IMG/VR virus record: IMGVR_UViG_3300022927_001391
Location: 1 to 64,000 of that record
Length of the DNA stretch: 64,000 nucleotides
Source of the DNA: a virus
Strand: one strand, 5' to 3'
This document shows positions 59,757 to 64,000 of the stretch, piece by piece. The position numbers were made by a program, and so were the translations under genes. The notes beneath the pieces are model-generated. The model was not told the DNA's origin, made no database searches, and saw only the letters and a list, made by a program, of their open reading frames with translations. Numbering within the stretch: position 1 is the stretch's first letter; every line of letters begins with the position of its first letter.

Positions 59757-59784
59757 ATAATAGCACGGATGCTATTATCGTCAA
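59757..59784 (-). promoter_or_regulatory. Early promoter TTGACG-N16-TATTAT within a 22-bp palindrome
   Basis: ATAATAGCA-N4-TGCTATTAT. Confidence 0.65.
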
Positions 59785-59794
59785 CCAAAAAAAC

Positions 59795-59846
59795 CCGCAG
59801 AAAACTACGATTCTATTATTTTTTTAAACCGCAGAAAACTGCGATT
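59795..59846. repeat. Two 18-bp direct repeats CCGCAGAAAACTRCGATT
   Basis: 59795..59812 and 59829..59846, 1 mismatch. Confidence 0.75.
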
Positions 59847-59864
59847 TTTTTAGGTTAGAAACGG

Positions 59865-59892
59865 TTGACTATCTGGTTACCCGTGCTATTAT
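59865..59892 (+). promoter_or_regulatory. Early promoter TTGACT-N16-TATTAT
   Basis: GTGC before -10; GAGGAG RBS downstream. Confidence 0.65.
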
Positions 59893-59923
59893 GAAGCATA
59901 AGTTGGAAATGAGGAGCAAGCAT

Positions 59924-60151
59924 ATGTTTATAAGCGAATGGAAGAAATCGGATTGGCGTACCACAGAAACGTGGGAGTCGATCAACTGTTCGAGCGGTGA
60001 TGTAACAATCACCAAGATTGGCGATGGATTCATGGGTCGCGACCCTAACGGCATGCTGGTTTCACAGTTTCCTGATACCTGGGAAAACACTGTTCGGATG
60101 ATGGAATCTTGCTTTGATTGGCGTATAGATTTAGGTGAAAAAATAGCCTAA
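59924..60151 (+). CDS. Small early hypothetical protein
   Basis: ATG 59924 after GAGGAG. Confidence 0.6.
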   Translation: MFISEWKKSDWRTTETWESINCSSGDVTITKIGDGFMGRDPNGMLVSQFPDTWENTVRMMESCFDWRIDLGEKIA

Positions 60152-60156
60152 AACGG

Positions 60157-60184
60157 TTGACGAAACCCTTATACGTGCTAATAT
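60157..60184 (+). promoter_or_regulatory. Early promoter TTGACG-N16-TAATAT
   Basis: Same architecture as neighbours. Confidence 0.65.
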
Positions 60185-60212
60185 GTATATATAGGAAATG
60201 AGGAGCAAGCAC

Positions 60213-60554
60213 ATGGACAAGATGTACAAAGTTATCGAAGATTTGGACAACAAGCGCAACGAGCAGGGTTTTGAGACTCGTTGGAGCATGTTTGGCGAAG
60301 AGATTGTTGATCTCAACGACCGTGTTGTTAACGAAGAGCGTGATATGTATCGTGTAACTTATCGTGCTTTTGACGAGAACCTGCAGGAATATGAGTTTAG
60401 CTCGTTCACTGCTACGAACACTGTAGAGGGTTTTTGGGCAGCGGCTGAGTCCGTTTTCCAGCAGGCCAGACGTGAAGTTGGTGATTGGCATGTGTTTGTC
60501 GAAGGCTTTAATCTCGTTGAGGATGGTAGCTTCCGGCTTACCACTGGCTCGTAA
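60213..60554 (+). CDS. Small early hypothetical protein
   Basis: ATG 60213 after GAGGAG; DWHVFVEGF...LTTGS. Confidence 0.65.
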   Translation: MDKMYKVIEDLDNKRNEQGFETRWSMFGEEIVDLNDRVVNEERDMYRVTYRAFDENLQEYEFSSFTATNTVEGFWAAAESVFQQARREVGDWHVFVEGFNLVEDGSFRLTTGS

Positions 60555-60557
60555 AGG

Positions 60558-60585
60558 TTGACACATAGCACAGATGTGCTATGTT
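60558..60585 (+). promoter_or_regulatory. Early promoter TTGACA-N16-TATGTT overlapping a 22-bp palindrome
   Basis: ACATAGCACA-GA-TGTGCTATGT. Confidence 0.55.
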
Positions 60586-60613
60586 TAGATATTAGTTAAA
60601 CAAGGAGAAAGAA

Positions 60614-61723
60614 ATGGCAGACATTGATGCCCGTACTGTTACTCTTGCAGAAGCCGAGAATCGTATCGTTCGTGCTTTCCGCAATAAGCTTCCGGTTTTC
60701 CTCTGGGGGCCTCCGGGTGTAGGCAAGAGCGAGCTTATGGCTGGCATTGCTGACAAGGGCACCTTGGGTAATACTGCCCTGGTAGATATCCGTGTTGCTC
60801 TTATGGAGCCTACGGACCTGCGTGGCATGCCGTTCCTTAGCAAGAGTCAGGATAACATGCTCTGGGCTCCCCCTGTGGATCTGCCCAGCGAGGAGATGGC
60901 TGCTGAGTATGATACTGTCATCCTGTTCCTGGATGAAATGAACTCAGCCGCGCCGGCTGTGCAGGCCGCTGCCTACCAGCTGATTCTCAACCGTCGCATC
61001 GGCACCTACAAGCTTCCCGATAACGTGGTTATCGTTGCTGCTGGTAACCGTGAGAGCGACAAGGGTGTTACCTACCGTATGCCCACTCCGCTGGCCAACC
61101 GTTTCGTCCACCTTGAGGTCCGTCCGGACTATGAGAGCTGGCTGAACTGGGCTGTTAACAACCAGATCAATGAAGATGTGGTGGGTTATATCAGCTTCGC
61201 CAAGCAGGATCTCATGGACTTTGATCCTCGCTCTAGCGGCCGCTCGTTTGCTACGCCGCGTAGCTGGACCTATGTTAGCCGCTTCCTGGAGGACGACGCA
61301 ATCTCTGACAGCGAGCTCACTGACCTAGTCAGCGGTTGCGTGGGTGAGGGTGTTGCGATTAAGTTTATGGCGCACCGTAAGGTTGCCAAGGACATGCCGC
61401 ATCCTGCGGATATCCTTGCTGGCAAGGTTAAGGAGCTCAAGATTAAGGAGATCAGCGCCCAGTATGCCCTGACTATTGGCATGTGTTACGAGCTCAAGAA
61501 TGCCTACGACGACTTTGGTAAGAAGGACGCCAAGCGGTGGCACGAGATGGCTGACAACTTCTTCCGGTTCATGATGGACTTCTTCCCCACGGAGATGACT
61601 GTTATGGGTGCTCGTACGGCTATCACCAACTACAACCTGCCCTTCCAGCCGGACAAGCTGGCGAACTTTAAGGAGTTTTTTGACCGGTTTGGCAAGTATG
61701 TTGTTAAGGCTATGGAGAACTAA
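60614..61723 (+). CDS. MoxR/CobS-like AAA+ ATPase
   Basis: GPPGVGKS, LFLDEMN, AAGN, LANRF, TPRSW. Confidence 0.88.
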   Translation: MADIDARTVTLAEAENRIVRAFRNKLPVFLWGPPGVGKSELMAGIADKGTLGNTALVDIRVALMEPTDLRGMPFLSKSQDNMLWAPPVDLPSEEMAAEYDTVILFLDEMNSAAPAVQAAAYQLILNRRIGTYKLPDNVVIVAAGNRESDKGVTYRMPTPLANRFVHLEVRPDYESWLNWAVNNQINEDVVGYISFAKQDLMDFDPRSSGRSFATPRSWTYVSRFLEDDAISDSELTDLVSGCVGEGVAIKFMAHRKVAKDMPHPADILAGKVKELKIKEISAQYALTIGMCYELKNAYDDFGKKDAKRWHEMADNFFRFMMDFFPTEMTVMGARTAITNYNLPFQPDKLANFKEFFDRFGKYVVKAMEN

Positions 61724-61724
61724 G

Positions 61725-61994
61725 ATGACTGACCTTACACTCGCGGAAGACTTTGCGCCCTGGTGGGAGTTGTACAAGTACAAAGATCGTGAAATTCCAG
61801 CCAGGGAGTTTGGTGACCAAAAGGTTGTTTATAAGCATGGTAGCAACCGCGGATGGCCTGGCGATGAAGAGGATGTACAGTATTGGGTGGAACTTGAGAA
61901 CGGATTTGCTGTAGGTATGCGTCATGGACGTGGACCCAGCGGCGCTCGTAGAGCACAGTATGCTGAATTTCCTGTGGTTAGAATGAAAGCTTAA
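61725..61994 (+). CDS. Hypothetical protein
   Basis: ATG 61725 after GGAG. Confidence 0.55.
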   Translation: MTDLTLAEDFAPWWELYKYKDREIPAREFGDQKVVYKHGSNRGWPGDEEDVQYWVELENGFAVGMRHGRGPSGARRAQYAEFPVVRMKA

Positions 61995-62000
61995 CCAAGT

Positions 62001-62468
62001 CTAATTTTTAAGAAGTTTGGTTAGTTCCTCTATAACTTTGGAACACTGAGCGCTTTTGTGGAATAACATCTGTATCTGCTCCTTAGCAGGTACAGATTCC
62101 ACAATTTTTTGTAATAACGTAGTTTGCTCTAAGGTGTACAGCGCCATAATTTGATCGTTAGTAATGCTATTAGATTGAATAAGTATGTTGCCTATCTCTA
62201 CGGATATCTTTTCGCCGGCATCCCAGTCAGCTTTAAGATTTTCCTTTATAGCATTGGCACTAGCGGCAGGTTCAGTTTTTTCTAGGTCCTCCTTAAACGC
62301 CTGGTAAATATCAACATAAACTGCTGCTATTTTATATGAGGCCTGGCAGGATATTATAGAACTTAGTCCGTTACGTAACGTGTCTATTTTAGATTGAGCA
62401 TACGCCATATTACTAAAGAGAAAAAAAGACAATAAAGTTAAGATTAATTTTGACTTCATGATAAACAA
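62001..62468 (-). CDS. Secreted helical protein
   Basis: Signal peptide (AYA), two Cys; lone minus-strand AT-rich gene. Confidence 0.55.
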   Translation of the reverse strand: MFIMKSKLILTLLSFFLFSNMAYAQSKIDTLRNGLSSIISCQASYKIAAVYVDIYQAFKEDLEKTEPAASANAIKENLKADWDAGEKISVEIGNILIQSNSITNDQIMALYTLEQTTLLQKIVESVPAKEQIQMLFHKSAQCSKVIEELTKLLKN

Positions 62469-62507
62469 CCTTTATCATATACTTATACATATATCTAGGA
62501 GATAACA

Positions 62508-62780
62508 ATGACAGATGAAACACAAGTAGAAACAAGCGAGACAGAAGCAGAAGCAGAACAGGCCGAAGCGCCTGCTGCACCCAACTTAGAAATTAATGAC
62601 CTAGTTTTGGTCGCTAATGTAATCCAGGCAGTAGCACAGAGGGGCGCCATTCGTGCCAACGAGATGGCTACTGTAGGCAATCTATACAACAAACTAATGG
62701 CATTTCTAACAGCTAACGGTGCGATTGCTGCGCCACAGGCTGATGAGGCTGAAGAACAAACAGGAGATACTGATGCTTAA
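62508..62780 (+). CDS. Hypothetical protein
   Basis: AGGAG RBS; RGAIRANEM..VG.LYNKL. Confidence 0.65.
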   Translation: MTDETQVETSETEAEAEQAEAPAAPNLEINDLVLVANVIQAVAQRGAIRANEMATVGNLYNKLMAFLTANGAIAAPQADEAEEQTGDTDA

Positions 62781-63405
62781 ACATGTTGGGAGACAAGGTG
62801 GGGAGAACGTCGTAGTAGTTTTCCGTGAAGTTCCCGGTGAGGAACATATGTGCCTGGTAGTTTACCCAGGTCAACTACCCACATCATTTCATGATGACCT
62901 TATGCGGTGTATTGAGAGTAACGCAGGACAATCATCAAGTCATCTAGGCGAAGCAATGAGTCGTGTAGTAGGTACTGATGGTCGTAATCTGCTACAAGCA
63001 GTACATGCAGAACGATGGATGAAGAAGATTCGTTGTCAGGATGTTATCATGACTCCAGTACCAAATAAACCAGGCGCTCGGTTAGATGAAATTAACAAGA
63101 TCATTGCTGAAATGGAATCAGGTGCAGATGCTGCCAAGCGTATGGCAGAGATTGATGCACAAGCTGGTCTAGCAGATCCGGCTAAGACTATTGACAATAC
63201 AGCATATGCTGCAAGTGCTCAGGGTGTACTAACTGATGCAGATATTGCTGCAGACCTGCTGAAGCAGGCAACACAAATGGAATCACAGATTGCAGGACTA
63301 CAGGCAGAAGTTGCACGTCTTACTGAAGAAGCAACTGCACTTGATCCGAGTGTTGCTCCAGCACCTGCTCCTAAGAAGCGTGGCCGTAAGAAGGCTGCTG
63401 CCTAA
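62773..63405 (+). CDS. Hypothetical protein with basic KKRGRK tail
   Basis: ATG 62773 after AGGAG; MLKHVGR. Confidence 0.65.
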   Translation: MLKHVGRQGGENVVVVFREVPGEEHMCLVVYPGQLPTSFHDDLMRCIESNAGQSSSHLGEAMSRVVGTDGRNLLQAVHAERWMKKIRCQDVIMTPVPNKPGARLDEINKIIAEMESGADAAKRMAEIDAQAGLADPAKTIDNTAYAASAQGVLTDADIAADLLKQATQMESQIAGLQAEVARLTEEATALDPSVAPAPAPKKRGRKKAAA

Positions 63406-64000
63406 TGAAGGTAAGCCTGGTTAGTTTTAGTCAAGCCAGTCCAGAGTTTTTAACTGAACACGGTCTTACTGACGCAGATGTGCAGGACCTTATTGCGTTC
63501 TGTGCTAGAGTCAGCAACCCTAGTGGACAGTTAAACATGGAAACTAGCGCCAAGCTCATCAAATATCTCATCAAACACAAGCACTGGTCTCCCCTAGAAA
63601 TGGTTAGTGCTTGTATGGAGATTGAAACTACTCGTGACATAGCAAGGCAGATCCTACGTCACAGGAGTTTTAGTTTCCAGGAATTTAGTCAACGCTATGC
63701 TGATCCCACAAAGGATTTAGAGTTCGTTACCCGTGAAGCACGTTTGCAGGATACTACAAACAGGCAGAACAGCATTGATACAGAAGATGCTAGTCTACAA
63801 GCAACATGGGAAAATAAACAGCTCAATGTTATCGAAGCTGCTCAAAAGGCATATGCGTGGGCTATTGAGAATGGTATTGCTAAAGAACAAGCCAGAGCTG
63901 TATTGCCTGAGGGCAATACAGTAAGCCGCATGTATATGAACGGTACGCTACGTAGTTGGGTACACTACATTGAACTACGTGGTGCTAATGGTACTCAAAA
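63405..64000 (+). CDS. thyX: Flavin-dependent thymidylate synthase (truncated by window end; absent from ORF track)
   Basis: ARVS, HWSPLE, RQILRHRSFSFQEFSQRY, ARAVLP. Confidence 0.93.
   Translation, partial: MKVSLVSFSQASPEFLTEHGLTDADVQDLIAFCARVSNPSGQLNMETSAKLIKYLIKHKHWSPLEMVSACMEIETTRDIARQILRHRSFSFQEFSQRYADPTKDLEFVTREARLQDTTNRQNSIDTEDASLQATWENKQLNVIEAAQKAYAWAIENGIAKEQARAVLPEGNTVSRMYMNGTLRSWVHYIELRGANGTQ

Noticed and set aside
59795-59846. Mini-CRISPR array
   Set aside because: Only two 18-bp units with a 16-bp AT spacer, and no cas genes
1-64000. tRNA/rRNA genes, transposases, integrases, stop-codon reassignment
   Set aside because: None recognised by eye; genes tile densely under the standard code

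Overview
This window is 64 kb from a large, AT-rich, T4-like (jumbo-type) myovirus, probably marine. The spanin pair indicates a Gram-negative host, and the TTT transporter, PaaA and PurT point to a proteobacterium. Core phage genes are a family-B DNA polymerase, gp45-like clamp, DsbA-like protein, T4-type RNase H, ThyX (truncated), lysozyme and spanins, with many TATAAATA late promoters and sigma70-type early/middle promoters. Accessory genes include TctA/TctC, a PiT-like transporter, PaaA/PaaD-like genes, DnaJ/ClpA, an ExbB/ExbD (MotA/MotB)-like pair, a lipidated subtilase autotransporter, glycosyl-, sulfo- and methyltransferases, and a GC-richer early island (VWA peptidase and MoxR-like AAA+). 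Three observations stand out. (1) A 7-deazaguanine DNA-modification system (DpdA/TGT-like, FolE, QueD, QueE, YhhQ, QueD-paralog DpdL-like, no clear QueC) is interleaved with a glycosyltransferase and nucleotide-sugar enzymes. (2) A preQ1-I-like pseudoknot riboswitch candidate with an anti-Shine-Dalgarno hairpin lies directly upstream of queD. (3) A 1261-aa putative virion-packaged polyprotein has modules separated by prohead-protease-type xxE sites and bounded by 10-13 bp in-frame direct repeats, resembling a cassette array inside a gene. All calls come from motif recognition by eye; no database searches were run.
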